DNA from: Phycisphaerales bacterium
GTDB lineage: Bacteria; Planctomycetota; Phycisphaerae; Phycisphaerales; SM1A02
Assembly (NCBI GenBank): GCA_009692015.1
Contig: SIAB01000001.1
Coordinates: 1 to 58,690, forward strand
Direction of reading: 5' to 3'
DNA: 58,690 nucleotides
In this document: piece by piece, positions 37,989 to 47,638 of the stretch
Layout of the letters: every line of letters starts with the position of its first letter
How positions within the stretch are numbered: position 1 is the first letter of the stretch
The notes under the pieces: generated by a model
Seen by the model: only the letters and a program-made list of their open reading frames with translations
What the model was told of the DNA's origin: nothing
Databases searched by the model: none
Position numbers and translations under genes: made by a program

Positions 37989-38969
37989 TCAAATCGTGCG
38001 AATCAACCGGGATTCATCGACTCCGCTGGCGGCGAGCGCTCCCCGCACGCAACCCACGAATCGTCGCCCATCCTTCACATAGCCGGCGGTTGGGGCGAGG
38101 TTGCTGACGCGCTCCAAGAACCAGCGATTCAGCCGTGCCATCCAAAGTTCGCGGACATACTTGGCGGCCATCGAGGCCAGCGCAATTGGTAGGTGACCGG
38201 TCTCGCCCGCGACCGTGAAGGAAATGACCAGCGGCGCATCGCTGCGGTCGAGTCGATAGAGACTCTCGCGCGCGTCTTCCTTGATGACCGTCAGTCGTTC
38301 ACTCGGGAAGGCGCGCATCAGGTCGTCGCGATAATTCATCCGCCCACTCTGGCGATCCGCCGCAACCCGAATCGGAGTCGTTGGCCATCGAGTCCGCAGA
38401 CTGTTGACATGATCAATCAGGATCGACCAGGGGAGGCTGGTTTTCACCATTCCCCGCTGCGCGGCAGCGTTGATGCCATCTGCGTCGACTGTGTGGCAGG
38501 CCACACCATGGCCCATGATCTGCCCATCGAGCGCCGCACGGCGCAGCATGGCGCAAGCAATCTGAATCTGGGCCGCCTCGCAAGCCCACGGCAGAGCAGT
38601 CGACCCGACATACCAAGGCGCGTGGGCAGCGAGATCAGCGCAACCGACTCGGGCGAAGAGATCGTTGTCGGTGGTGATCGGAGTTGTCTCGGCGCCGTGG
38701 CAGAGCGCCGCGAGCACGCCGCGTTCGATAGAACGCATCGGATGCCCGCCGCTCGCCCCAGCTCCCTTGAGTTTCTTGCTGTCATTGATCGCAATGCGGC
38801 CCCGGCGATCCCTGGCACTCCTGCAAACTGCCCGCGAAAGCGACTTCCAAAGATCGGGCGGCGCGAGAGGGTCGCTCGCCCCTTCGATTGTCCAGGCCGA
38901 GCAGGCAACGCAGAGCGGTCCGAGGAGTGGACCGTAACCCGCTTCATCGATTCCTGCGTAGACAAGCAT
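37989..38969 (-). CDS. RNase HII-family-like protein (long form with internal insertion)
   Basis: [14 protein letters not shown] (compare GxDEAGRGPL), NDSKKL, and ...[11 protein letters not shown] (compare SAASILAKVTRD). It is 326 aa, against ~200 aa for a typical RnhB. Confidence 0.55.
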   Translation of the reverse strand: MLVYAGIDEAGYGPLLGPLCVACSAWTIEGASDPLAPPDLWKSLSRAVCRSARDRRGRIAINDSKKLKGAGASGGHPMRSIERGVLAALCHGAETTPITTDNDLFARVGCADLAAHAPWYVGSTALPWACEAAQIQIACAMLRRAALDGQIMGHGVACHTVDADGINAAAQRGMVKTSLPWSILIDHVNSLRTRWPTTPIRVAADRQSGRMNYRDDLMRAFPSERLTVIKEDARESLYRLDRSDAPLVISFTVAGETGHLPIALASMAAKYVRELWMARLNRWFLERVSNLAPTAGYVKDGRRFVGCVRGALAASGVDESRLIRTI

Positions 38970-39049
38970 GCCCGGGCATTGTCACCGATGAATCGAGTCG
39001 CGGCACCGTGGTATCCTCGATTTTTCCATCAACCCAAGGAGCGATTTCG

Positions 39050-40150
39050 ATGTCGAGCACTGCCACCCGATCCCCAACATCCGGCGCGATCCCTTCACTT
39101 GAAGAACTGCTTGGCTCTGACGGGCAAGAACTCCTCAATTACCGCGCAAAAGTCAGCAAGGACCTCTTGCATCTGCCGGGCCCCGATTTCATCGACCGCA
39201 CCTGGATCCAGAGCGATCGGAATCCGCAAGTCTTGCGCAACATGCAAGCCCTGTTCAACCACGGTCGCCTGGCGGGAACGGGCTACTGCAGCATTCTTCC
39301 AGTCGATCAGGGGATCGAGCACTCCGCGGGAGCGAGTTTCGCGAAGAACCCGATCTATTTCGACGGCGAGAACATCATCAAGTTGGCGATCGAGGGTGGT
39401 TGCAACGCAGTCGCCACGACATTTGGTGTCTTTGGATCCGTGTCCCGCACATATGCCCACAAGATTCCCTTCCTGGTGAAGATCAATCACAACGAATTGC
39501 TCACGTTCCCGAATCAGCACAAGCAGATTCTCTTTGGGTCGGTCGAGGAGGCCTGGAACCTCGGCGCCGCCGCTGTTGGCGCGACCATCTATTTCGGATC
39601 CGACGATTCGGATCGGCAGATCGTCGAAATCTCGGAAGCCTTTCAGCACGCCCATGAACTTGGCATGGTGACAGTGCTCTGGTGCTACCTGCGCAACAGT
39701 TCCTTTGTGAAAGATGGCAAGGACTATCACACCAGCGCAGACCTCACCGGACAGGCCAACCATCTCGGCGTCACCATCCAAGCAGACATCATCAAGCAGA
39801 AGCAGGCCGATCGCAACGGCGGGTATCAGGCCTTGAACATGGGTGGATCGAGTTACGGAAAATTTGATCCGCGCATCTACACAGAACTCTCAACCGATCA
39901 CCCGATCGATCTCACCCGCTACCAGGTGCTCAACTGTTTCGCGGGCCGGTCGGGACTCATCAACTCGGGTGGCGCCAGTGGGGCGAACGACTTCGCCGAT
40001 GCGGTGCGCACGGCGGTGATCAACAAGCGCGCCGGTGGAACCGGCTTGATTTCAGGGCGAAAGTCATTTCAACGACCGATGGCCGAGGGCGTCAAGTTGC
40101 TCAATGCAATTCAGGATGTTTATCTCAACCCGAAGGTCACGATCGCCTGA
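39050..40150 (+). CDS. fbaB: Class I fructose-bisphosphate aldolase (DhnA/FbaB type)
   Basis: [19 protein letters not shown] (Schiff-base Lys region), and [10 protein letters not shown]...ADIIK; these are close to E. coli FbaB as I recall it. AAGGAG RBS before the ATG at 39050. Confidence 0.85.
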   Translation: MSSTATRSPTSGAIPSLEELLGSDGQELLNYRAKVSKDLLHLPGPDFIDRTWIQSDRNPQVLRNMQALFNHGRLAGTGYCSILPVDQGIEHSAGASFAKNPIYFDGENIIKLAIEGGCNAVATTFGVFGSVSRTYAHKIPFLVKINHNELLTFPNQHKQILFGSVEEAWNLGAAAVGATIYFGSDDSDRQIVEISEAFQHAHELGMVTVLWCYLRNSSFVKDGKDYHTSADLTGQANHLGVTIQADIIKQKQADRNGGYQALNMGGSSYGKFDPRIYTELSTDHPIDLTRYQVLNCFAGRSGLINSGGASGANDFADAVRTAVINKRAGGTGLISGRKSFQRPMAEGVKLLNAIQDVYLNPKVTIA

Positions 40151-40182
40151 GTGCGCGCGCGCTCACGCACGCGCTCACTCGC

Positions 40183-41439
40183 TCACTCGCAGATCGGGTC
40201 GTCGTCACGGGCGACGAGGACCACGACCGTCGGAATGCTCATAGCCGCGGCATGTGCGTCGAGTGGAAACTGTTTCGCCTCGATGCTGAGCGTTGATCGG
40301 ACGACGAGCTCTGATCCCGCCGCAAGCACAACGGGAGGTTCGAAGATCCAGGGTTCTGCGAGTCGCTCATTCCACTCTGGGATGTCGAGCAGCGTGCGCG
40401 CGATTCCGGTCGAATCGATCGCGACCACTTGAATCGATTGCACCCGCGATGAAGCGCGAATGTTGATCGCAACCGCAGTAATCGGCTCCGTGACCGTGAC
40501 CGGTCGAACACCGCTGAAGGAAAGTGGTTGGAGAACGCGAACGGGTTCGTAAGGCGGGTAAAGGCGCACAGTGATCCCGGGCGACTCGACCTTTCCGCGC
40601 CCCTCGGCATGAACCTCTGCGACCAGCGTCGCCTGCGCCGGGATGCGGATCGCGTAGCCCGCCGGCAATCCGAAGCGCGGCATCAAGCGCGAAACGGACC
40701 CACCCGATCCCGACCATTGAAGTCCAATGTCTCCCACCGCGTCGTAGCCCGGCAGGGGATCGCCGCGATCAAGTCGTGCTCCGAAGCCAGTTTCGTCCCA
40801 CAGAAGCGAAACAGCGTGCACCAGTCCGGGCTCGTCAGCGCGCATCTCGATCGTGCGCACGAGGAGATCAGATTCAGTCGGCGATGCGACCGCAAACGAT
40901 CGCAGCTTCATTCCCGGATCCGCCTCGACCTGCCATCCATCTGCAATTCGAATCGACAGGCCAGCGTCGACGGGTGCCCATGGTTTCGCGGCGGGAAGTG
41001 CAGTTGTGGATGAAAGCGGAATCGCGCGAGCCGCCAGCGGGGGGATCGGCGCGCCACGATCGAGCCAGGCAATGAGCGTTGCCCGATCCGTTTGGGTGAG
41101 TACGCGCGCATGGCTCAGCGGCGCACCCGCCGTACTCGGAAGCCATGGTGGCATGAGTCCCGATCGCACCACGGCCGCAGCAGTCGGTGCGCGCCTGCGG
41201 AGGACCTCTGGAGTTGAGAAGTCCAGCCCAACGGGACTTTCCCGCGCATGACATGGAAGGCAAGATCTCGCAAAGATGAGCGCGCCCGGTTCGGGCGCCT
41301 GCTGCGCGCCTGCGCCTGCGGTCACCAGAGCGAACGCAACTGCGCCTGCGGTCACGCGCTCGCGCGCGACTGCGCCACTGGGGGTCGCGCCAGGCAACCC
41401 GAATTGTTCACGCGCTCGTCGCAAGCCTCGGCGCCGCAC
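40183..41439 (-). CDS. Secreted protein with a single c-type haem-binding motif (CxxCH) and a beta-rich C-terminal region
   Basis: Signal-like N-terminus (AVAFALVTAGAGAQQ). CLPCH...GLMPPWLP resembles Planctomycete-type cytochrome c domains. The remainder is unassigned. The 5' end overlaps the ATPase 3' end by up to 32 nt. Confidence 0.5.
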   Translation of the reverse strand: MRRRGLRRAREQFGLPGATPSGAVARERVTAGAVAFALVTAGAGAQQAPEPGALIFARSCLPCHARESPVGLDFSTPEVLRRRAPTAAAVVRSGLMPPWLPSTAGAPLSHARVLTQTDRATLIAWLDRGAPIPPLAARAIPLSSTTALPAAKPWAPVDAGLSIRIADGWQVEADPGMKLRSFAVASPTESDLLVRTIEMRADEPGLVHAVSLLWDETGFGARLDRGDPLPGYDAVGDIGLQWSGSGGSVSRLMPRFGLPAGYAIRIPAQATLVAEVHAEGRGKVESPGITVRLYPPYEPVRVLQPLSFSGVRPVTVTEPITAVAINIRASSRVQSIQVVAIDSTGIARTLLDIPEWNERLAEPWIFEPPVVLAAGSELVVRSTLSIEAKQFPLDAHAAAMSIPTVVVLVARDDDPICE

Positions 41440-43447
41440 GAATTGGTTTCTGCGCGCGGCTGGATTCCATCATGCGCCGAATCTCTTCTGAATCAGCGTG
41501 CTCCTCGCCAAATCGCACCAGTCGCAGGCTGTTGGCGATCACGAAAATGTAGGCCGCGGCTTGATAGAAGGGGGTCACCCAGATGTCGATCTGTCCCGTC
41601 GCCGCCAGTGCCAGACCGATGGTCGCCAGCAGGAGGCTCACGGCGATGTTCACGCCGATGACCCCGCGCGCCTTGCTTGCCAGCTCGAGCAGAAATGGGA
41701 TGTGCCGCAGGTCTTCATTCATAAGCGCCACGCCCGCGCTATTGGTGGCGATGTCCGATCCAGAGAGTCCCATCGCCACCCCCACATCGGCGCTGGCGAG
41801 GATCGGTCCGTCATTGATTCCGTCGCCGACCACGAGAACCTTGTGTCCCCGCTGAAGCAAGTATTTCAATTCTTCATGTTTTTCTTCAGGAAGACACTCT
41901 GCTTCGATCGTGTCGACCCCGACCGCCTCTCCCACTTGCCGCGCGACCGCCAGGCGATCACCCGTAAAAATGCACACCCTGCGCACCCCGAGCTGCCGCA
42001 GGCGCGTGACGCTTTCGGCGGCGTGCTGGCGAAGCTTGTCCTCGAGTCCCACGGCTCCGAGATAGATGCCATTGCGCATCACATGCACGCTGGACATCCC
42101 TTCGATGCGCTCTTCCACTTTCTGGATCGCATCTGCGAGAGCAGGATTGAGTTCGCGCAACCACTGAGCGCGACCCGCGTGAAGTGTGCCTCCGGCCGTG
42201 GTCTTTGCGGTCACACCCCGCCCGTGCAATTCTTCATAAGACGAGAGTTCCGCCGGAACAATTCGCGCGCGCGTCGCAGTCTCGAGAATGCTGCGAGCCA
42301 GCGGATGGTTCGATGACTGCTCACAATCGGCAGCTGCCTGCAGCAGCGCTGCCCCCTCCGATCCCTCGACTGGAGCGAGTCGGCTCACGCTGAACTTGCC
42401 GGTGGTTAGCGTGCCGGTCTTGTCCAGGACGACGGTATCGATGCGCCCAGCAGCTTCGAGCGTGCGCGTCTGTTTGATCATGATTCCCATGCGCGCGGCT
42501 GCGGCGAATGCAGCGACCATGGCTGTTGGATAGGCGATCAGAAGTGCACCAGGGCAGGTGACCACGAGCACCGTGATCGCGCGCACCGCCGCATCGGCTC
42601 GAATCTCTGGGATCGCACTCTTGCTGGTGAAAAACCAGACTAGCCCAGCCACCATCAGCACAACCGGCACATAGTAAGAGGCCAGTCTTTCGATGAGTTC
42701 CTGCCTGTCACTGCGCGAACTCTCCGCCTCGCGGATGAGGGATTCCACCTTGCCGATCGTCGTGTCACCGGCAACAGCAGTCACTTCAATATCGATCTGT
42801 CCAGTCAGGTTGGTTGTGCCCGCGTAGACATCGAGTCCAGGCTGGGCTTCAACCGGCACCGCTTCTCCGGTCAGCGAGGCCTGGTTGATGTTGCTGGTCC
42901 CGCGCGTGATTCGACCATCCGCAGGAAGATTTTCGCCGGGACGCACGCGCACGACATTGCCGACCTTCAGGATCGTTCGACTGACTTCGCGTTCTGCCCC
43001 CGATGCGTCCACGATGCGTGCCATGTCGGGGGTCAGTTCGAGCAATTCTCGAATGGCCCGCTGCGCTCCCCATGCCGTGCGCGAGAGGATCAGTTCGGAG
43101 AGCCACAAGAAAAACGCTAGGAATCCTGCGGCCAAGTAGAGGTGATTGGCCATCGCGGCAAGCACGGCCAGCGTGGCGAGTGAGTCACTCGATGGTCGAC
43201 CAACACGAAGTTCCTTGAGCGCGCCGATGGCCATCGGCACGGTCAGCATGATCGCGCCGATGACCGCAGGAATCTGGGCGACCGAGGCCTCAACGCTCAA
43301 GAGAGCCTCCCCGAGCCAGGCCACGAGGAGCAGCATGCCGCCGCAGAGCGCGATGAAGAGTCGTCGTTCGAGGCGGACGCCTCCGAGTGCCGAGTCGGCA
43401 TCCCTTTCGGACTGCAGAGTCGTGGTCGTTCCATTCAAACTGGTCAT
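41408..43447 (-). CDS. Heavy-metal-translocating P1B-type ATPase
   Basis: TGEAVP, DKTGTLT, TGD, VGDGINDGP. The TM6 motif is VVTCPGAL. ATG at 43447; there is also a TTG at 43453. Confidence 0.92.
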   Translation of the reverse strand: MTSLNGTTTTLQSERDADSALGGVRLERRLFIALCGGMLLLVAWLGEALLSVEASVAQIPAVIGAIMLTVPMAIGALKELRVGRPSSDSLATLAVLAAMANHLYLAAGFLAFFLWLSELILSRTAWGAQRAIRELLELTPDMARIVDASGAEREVSRTILKVGNVVRVRPGENLPADGRITRGTSNINQASLTGEAVPVEAQPGLDVYAGTTNLTGQIDIEVTAVAGDTTIGKVESLIREAESSRSDRQELIERLASYYVPVVLMVAGLVWFFTSKSAIPEIRADAAVRAITVLVVTCPGALLIAYPTAMVAAFAAAARMGIMIKQTRTLEAAGRIDTVVLDKTGTLTTGKFSVSRLAPVEGSEGAALLQAAADCEQSSNHPLARSILETATRARIVPAELSSYEELHGRGVTAKTTAGGTLHAGRAQWLRELNPALADAIQKVEERIEGMSSVHVMRNGIYLGAVGLEDKLRQHAAESVTRLRQLGVRRVCIFTGDRLAVARQVGEAVGVDTIEAECLPEEKHEELKYLLQRGHKVLVVGDGINDGPILASADVGVAMGLSGSDIATNSAGVALMNEDLRHIPFLLELASKARGVIGVNIAVSLLLATIGLALAATGQIDIWVTPFYQAAAYIFVIANSLRLVRFGEEHADSEEIRRMMESSRAQKPIRAAPRLATSA

Positions 43448-43518
43448 TGTCAAGAGTTCTCCAAGGTGCGCGCTAGAGTAGCGCGGCTGCGTGAACGAAG
43501 TCGTGGTAGGGTGATTGG

Positions 43519-44514
43519 ATGGCAGAACGGATCGCGGTGATCGGCTGTGGACAGTTTGGGATCGTGCTCGCCTGCCACGCAGCGCGCGCGGGACACGCTG
43601 TTTCGCTTTGGGGGCGCAATGCCGAGGAGGTCGCGCCTCTGCTTGCCACCCGACGAAGTCCCAGACTGCCGAGTCTCGAGATTGCCCCCTCCATTTCGAT
43701 CACACAGGACAGCCGCCAAGCGCTGGGTGGTGCTGATCTCGTGCTCTCTGCCATTCCTTCCCAATACGCGCGCTCGGTTTGGAGGGTTCTCACCGATGAC
43801 TGTCCGCGGAGCGCAGTCATCGTCAGTGTGGCCAAGGGATTTGAAATGGAAACGCTCCTGCGTCCGAGCGAGGTGCTGCACGAACTTTGCATTGGTTCTG
43901 AGGTCGTCACGCTTTCTGGTCCGACCATTGCAACCGAGGTTGCGCGGGGGCTTCCCACCGCGCTCATCGCCGCTGGCGATGAAGAGGGTTCGGTTGCGCG
44001 CGTGCAGAACGCGCTCGGCAGGGAGGGGTGGCGGGTCTATTGCTCGAGCGATCAGGTGGGAGTCGAGGCAGCGGGTGCCATCAAGAATGTGATCGCCCTC
44101 GCCGCGGGGATGGTCGATGGAATGGAGCTGGGCATGAATGCCAAGGCCACGCTTCTCGCGCGCGGAGTCGCAGAAATGTCTCGGCTGGGGATCGCGCTGG
44201 GCGGTCGGCGAGAAACATTCTTTGGGATCGCCGGCGTCGGCGATTTGGCGACAACATGCTTCAGTGCCGATGGGCGCAACAGAACACTTGGCGAGCGGAT
44301 CGGGCGTGGAGCGACCTGTGCAGAGGCGCTTCGATCGATGGACTCCGTGGTCGAAGGGGTTGACACCTGCAAAGTCGTGGCGCAGTTGGCAGATCGAATG
44401 GGTGTCGAGATGCCCATTACCCGCGCGGTTCACGCGGTCTTGTTTGCTGGGATGGATCCGCGGACGGCGCTCCGGTCCCTGATGAGCCGCGCCAGCGGCG
44501 AAGAGCGGCTCTAG
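43519..44514 (+). CDS. gpsA: NAD(P)H-dependent glycerol-3-phosphate dehydrogenase
   Basis: IAVIGCGQFG Rossmann motif, GAIKNVIALAAGM, TCFSADGRNRTLGERIGRG. Confidence 0.95.
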   Translation: MAERIAVIGCGQFGIVLACHAARAGHAVSLWGRNAEEVAPLLATRRSPRLPSLEIAPSISITQDSRQALGGADLVLSAIPSQYARSVWRVLTDDCPRSAVIVSVAKGFEMETLLRPSEVLHELCIGSEVVTLSGPTIATEVARGLPTALIAAGDEEGSVARVQNALGREGWRVYCSSDQVGVEAAGAIKNVIALAAGMVDGMELGMNAKATLLARGVAEMSRLGIALGGRRETFFGIAGVGDLATTCFSADGRNRTLGERIGRGATCAEALRSMDSVVEGVDTCKVVAQLADRMGVEMPITRAVHAVLFAGMDPRTALRSLMSRASGEERL

Positions 44515-44539
44515 CAAGCGCGCCTTTGCGACATGAATC

Positions 44540-44676
44540 CCCTCGCTGCGGTGAGATCGTGCGGTTCAACAGTCGTTTTCTACCGCAGTGAGGGAAACTT
44601 GGAGCCAAGCGCGGTCGCGATCGGAATTGTGAGTGCCGTACGCGGAATCAAGCGGAATTGAACGTGGCTGGCTCCA
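44540..44676. other. Two long inverted repeats (13-bp and 8-bp stems) in the gpsA/rluD convergent intergenic region
   Basis: Hairpin 1: 44540-44552 pairs with 44582-44594 (13 bp, including one G-U pair). Hairpin 2: TGGAGCCA (44600-44607) pairs with TGGCTCCA (44669-44676), enclosing 61 nt that carry three CGGAAT copies. Confidence 0.5.
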
Positions 44677-44685
44677 TCCGAGTTG

Positions 44686-45837
44686 TCACGGCACGCTGAC
44701 GATCGTTCCGCCCATGGCGAGCTTGCGCTGAAAGCGATGGGTGCGCAGCAAGTCGATTGCACGGCGAAGGTCGGTCCACAGCGGTGCCTGAAATGTCAGC
44801 GCCTCGTTTGAAATGGGGTGGCGGAATCCCAGGAGTGCAGCGTGCAATGCTTGACGGTTGAGCAGCGATTCGTCGGTGGATCCGCCGAAGTCTCGTTCGG
44901 TCACATGCTTGCCTCCATACATGTCATCGCCGACGAGTGGATAGCCAAGGTGTGACATGTGCACCCGAATCTGGTGGGTGCGCCCGGTGCGAAGTTCGAG
45001 TTCGACCAGCGCGAATCCTTCGTACTCCTCGAGCACGCGATAGACCGTTTGTGAGGGCTTGCCGGTGTCGTCATGGCGGACCGCATATTTCTCGCGAATG
45101 GTCGGGTGCTTACCCATCGGAAGATCGATGAGATCGGCCTGTGGTTCTGGATGGCCGTGGACGAGTGCGATGTATCGCTTCTGTGTCTGGCGCATTTCGA
45201 ATTGCTTACCGAGCCGCCAGTGCGCGGTATCACTCTTCGCCGCGACCATCACGCCGCTGGTGTGCTTGTCGAGTCGATGCACGACACCGGGTCGAGCGAA
45301 TTCCTTGCCGACCGTCGAGAGCTGACCGCTGGTTCTATTTTGAAAGTGCCACGCCAGCCCGTTGATGAGCGTTCCCGACTTGTGACTGCGCGCTGGATGC
45401 ACGATGAGTCCGGGGGCCTTGTTGATCACGATCAGTTCGGCATCTTCGAAGAGGATGTCGAGGGGCATTTCTTCGGCGGGAATCTCACTGCTCGGCGGGG
45501 GTGGAAGCATCGCCACCACGACATCGCCCTTGCGCAGCTTGGTACTCGCCTTGGCGATGCGACCATTGACGAGCACGGCATCTTCGTCGATCAGCCGCTG
45601 CAGTGAAGTTCGGCTCAGAAAGGGCACGCGGTCGACGAGATAACGATCGAGCCGCTTGTCGAGGTCGTGGCTCAGCGTGAACGACACCGTGACGGGATGA
45701 TCATCGTCGACAACGGCGGCAGCTTCGTAGAGCGAAAGGAGCGCATCGCGATCGACCGTTCCCGCAGCCGTCAAGAGACTGGGTCGTGTGACGGCATCCG
45801 AGTTCGGTTGATCGTCGCTTGGGGGTGCGGCGAACAT
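44686..45837 (-). CDS. rluD: RluA/RluD-family 23S rRNA pseudouridine synthase with N-terminal S4 domain
   Basis: Catalytic motif VHRLDKHTSGVMV, plus HQIRVHMSHLGYPLVGDDMYG. Confidence 0.9.
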   Translation of the reverse strand: MFAAPPSDDQPNSDAVTRPSLLTAAGTVDRDALLSLYEAAAVVDDDHPVTVSFTLSHDLDKRLDRYLVDRVPFLSRTSLQRLIDEDAVLVNGRIAKASTKLRKGDVVVAMLPPPPSSEIPAEEMPLDILFEDAELIVINKAPGLIVHPARSHKSGTLINGLAWHFQNRTSGQLSTVGKEFARPGVVHRLDKHTSGVMVAAKSDTAHWRLGKQFEMRQTQKRYIALVHGHPEPQADLIDLPMGKHPTIREKYAVRHDDTGKPSQTVYRVLEEYEGFALVELELRTGRTHQIRVHMSHLGYPLVGDDMYGGKHVTERDFGGSTDESLLNRQALHAALLGFRHPISNEALTFQAPLWTDLRRAIDLLRTHRFQRKLAMGGTIVSVP

Positions 45838-45851
45838 GATCGCGTCTCACG

Positions 45852-46727
45852 TCACTTCGGCGCAGGCGCAGGTTCTGGCGCAGGCGCAGGTTCTGGCGCA
45901 GGCGCAGGCGCGGGAGCGGGCGCAGGTTCTGGCGCAGGCGCAGGCGCGAGTTCTGCTGCCGTCGCCGACGGCACCTTGTACATGTCACCGAGCAATGATC
46001 GCATCGCATCGGTGTCAGTGATCGGAACTCCAGCGGGAGTGACCACAGTCATCCCAGGAGGAAGCGCCGTCGCGGGCGCCGCTGGGATCGGAAATGGCGA
46101 CGAAATCACGGCCAGAGATTCGATGCGCGCCTTGGCCGTTTCTGCGAGCCACGGAAAGTTCGAGCCAGCGAGCGCGTTTGCGGCTTCAAGGCTGGTCTTG
46201 GCGGCAGCGACATCACCGCGTGTCTCTGCGACTGCCGCGCGGCCGAACTGCGCGCTCACTTCGAAGCTCTTGCGACTTCCACTGGGATCGGCCTGCGAAG
46301 CCTTGATCACATCGGTATAGAGGGCATCCGCCTCTGCCAGCCATTCCGCTTTCAGCTCAGGCGTGATTTTCGCATCAGGAGCGCTTGCCTCGCGGTCAAA
46401 TCGTGTGCCGAGCACGACGCTCTGCAAGTATCGATCGCCGGCATTGAGCAGGGCGTATGTCGCAATCGAATCCACATCACCATGCTTGGCGGCGACATCC
46501 TTGAGCGACGCAGGAATGTCGGCAGCATTCAACTCGGTCCAGGCAATATCGCGTGCTTGGGCAGAGCGGTTCTTCCACCAGTTCCAGCCCATCATGAGGC
46601 AGGCAACCATCAGCACCGCCAGCAGCCAATTGGGACCACTCGTCTTGAGCCAGAAGAGAAAATCGTCGTTGAGCCGACCTTCAGTCAACTCTGCCTGTTG
46701 CACATTGCCAAGTCGTTTTCGATCCAT
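45852..46727 (-). CDS. Membrane-anchored TPR/YfgM-like protein with a C-terminal (APAPEP)n tail
   Basis: N-terminal TM NWLLAVLMVACLMMGW, followed by a helical repeat region. It ends in ELAPAPAPEPAPAPAPAPAPEPAPAPEPAPAPK. I prefer the ATG at 46727; a GTG at 46757 is also possible. The stop lies 14 nt upstream of the rluD start. Confidence 0.6.
   Translation of the reverse strand: MDRKRLGNVQQAELTEGRLNDDFLFWLKTSGPNWLLAVLMVACLMMGWNWWKNRSAQARDIAWTELNAADIPASLKDVAAKHGDVDSIATYALLNAGDRYLQSVVLGTRFDREASAPDAKITPELKAEWLAEADALYTDVIKASQADPSGSRKSFEVSAQFGRAAVAETRGDVAAAKTSLEAANALAGSNFPWLAETAKARIESLAVISSPFPIPAAPATALPPGMTVVTPAGVPITDTDAMRSLLGDMYKVPSATAAELAPAPAPEPAPAPAPAPAPEPAPAPEPAPAPK
45859..45954. repeat. Imperfect 6/18-bp tandem repeat (GGCGCA / GGCGCAGGCGCAGGTTCT units)
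   Basis: Two identical 18-mers at 45859-45876 and 45877-45894 are followed by degenerate hexamer copies up to about 45954. It encodes the Ala-Pro(-Glu) tail of the preceding CDS. Confidence 0.9.
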
Positions 46728-46762
46728 AAGGGGGCGAAGTGTAGCATTTGACCGCACCTTCC

Positions 46763-47638
46763 ATGCAATGCAGAATCCTCGTCACTGATTTGGATGGAAC
46801 GCTGCTCGACCGGGGGGGAAATGTCTCGCGCCGGAACCGCGACGCTCTTGCGCTTGCACGCGATTCGGGAATAGAGGTGGTCTTCGCCACCGGGAGATCA
46901 TTTGTTGAATGCCGCCGTGTTTCGCAGGAGGTTCTTGGTGACGGCGTGGTGATTTCGGCTGGCGGAGCGGCGCTGCACGACATCGTGACCGGTCGCTGCA
47001 CCGATCGAATCATCATTTCCGATGAGCTCGTGGCGCACTGCACCGAGAGTCTCATTCGTCACGGTCACTTGGCGCATCTGCTCAAGGACTCGACGCAGGC
47101 TGGCTACGACTATCTCCTTGTCGGGGAATGCGACCTCGACGCAGCGAGCACCTGGTGGTTTGGAATCCATCCGGTGATCACGCGCGCTGTGTCGCAGTTG
47201 GACGACGAGCCATCGCGGCGGAGCTCCCAACTCGAGCATGTCCTTCGCGTGGGAACGGTCGCGCGCGCGTGCGATCTCGCCATGGTTGCTGCGTCGATTC
47301 GAGCCGAAGTCCCTGAGCGGCTGAACATCAAGCACTGGCCAGCCCTCGTTGCGCTCGGGACAGCGGGGATCGATACGCATCTCTTGGAGATCTTTGACGC
47401 CGATGTCGACAAGTGGCGGATGATTCAGCGGCTTTGCAAGGCGCGTGGGATCGATGAGTCAGAGGTCGTGACCGTCGGCGATGGACTCAACGACATTGGA
47501 ATGCTTGCTGGCGCGGCGGAGTCCTACGCTGTGGCCAATGCCGAGCCAAGCGTTGCCGTGATGGCGAAGCATCGCGCACCCGATCACGACGCCGACGCGC
47601 TGGCCTTCGTTGTCGCGGAGATTCTGCGGGATCGGTGA
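46763..47638 (+). CDS. Cof-type HAD-IIB family hydrolase
   Basis: ILVTDLDGTLL (motif I), VVFATGRS (motif II), VTVGDGLNDIGM (motif IV). A TTG alternative start exists at 46748. Confidence 0.85.
   Translation: MQCRILVTDLDGTLLDRGGNVSRRNRDALALARDSGIEVVFATGRSFVECRRVSQEVLGDGVVISAGGAALHDIVTGRCTDRIIISDELVAHCTESLIRHGHLAHLLKDSTQAGYDYLLVGECDLDAASTWWFGIHPVITRAVSQLDDEPSRRSSQLEHVLRVGTVARACDLAMVAASIRAEVPERLNIKHWPALVALGTAGIDTHLLEIFDADVDKWRMIQRLCKARGIDESEVVTVGDGLNDIGMLAGAAESYAVANAEPSVAVMAKHRAPDHDADALAFVVAEILRDR

Noticed and set aside
40151-40182. The GC-rich spacer with three GCTCAC copies between convergent fbaB and the CxxCH gene, considered as a bidirectional terminator.
   Set aside because: I could only draw short, imperfect stems with tiny loops, and there is no U-tract.
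44600-44676. A 77-nt element with an 8-bp closing stem, considered as a tRNA gene on either strand.
   Set aside because: It has no GTTCRANYC T-loop, no U8 or D-loop consensus, and no cloverleaf can be drawn. I retained it only as an unexplained structured element.
46812-46874. A GGGGGGGAAATG motif inside the HAD hydrolase gene, nearly identical to the G8-AA-ATG junction that precedes rbfA. It opens a 17-codon out-of-frame ORF.
   Set aside because: The ORF is very short and has no supporting features. The motif is explained by Gly-Gly-Asn codons of the HAD gene, so the resemblance is probably coincidence.
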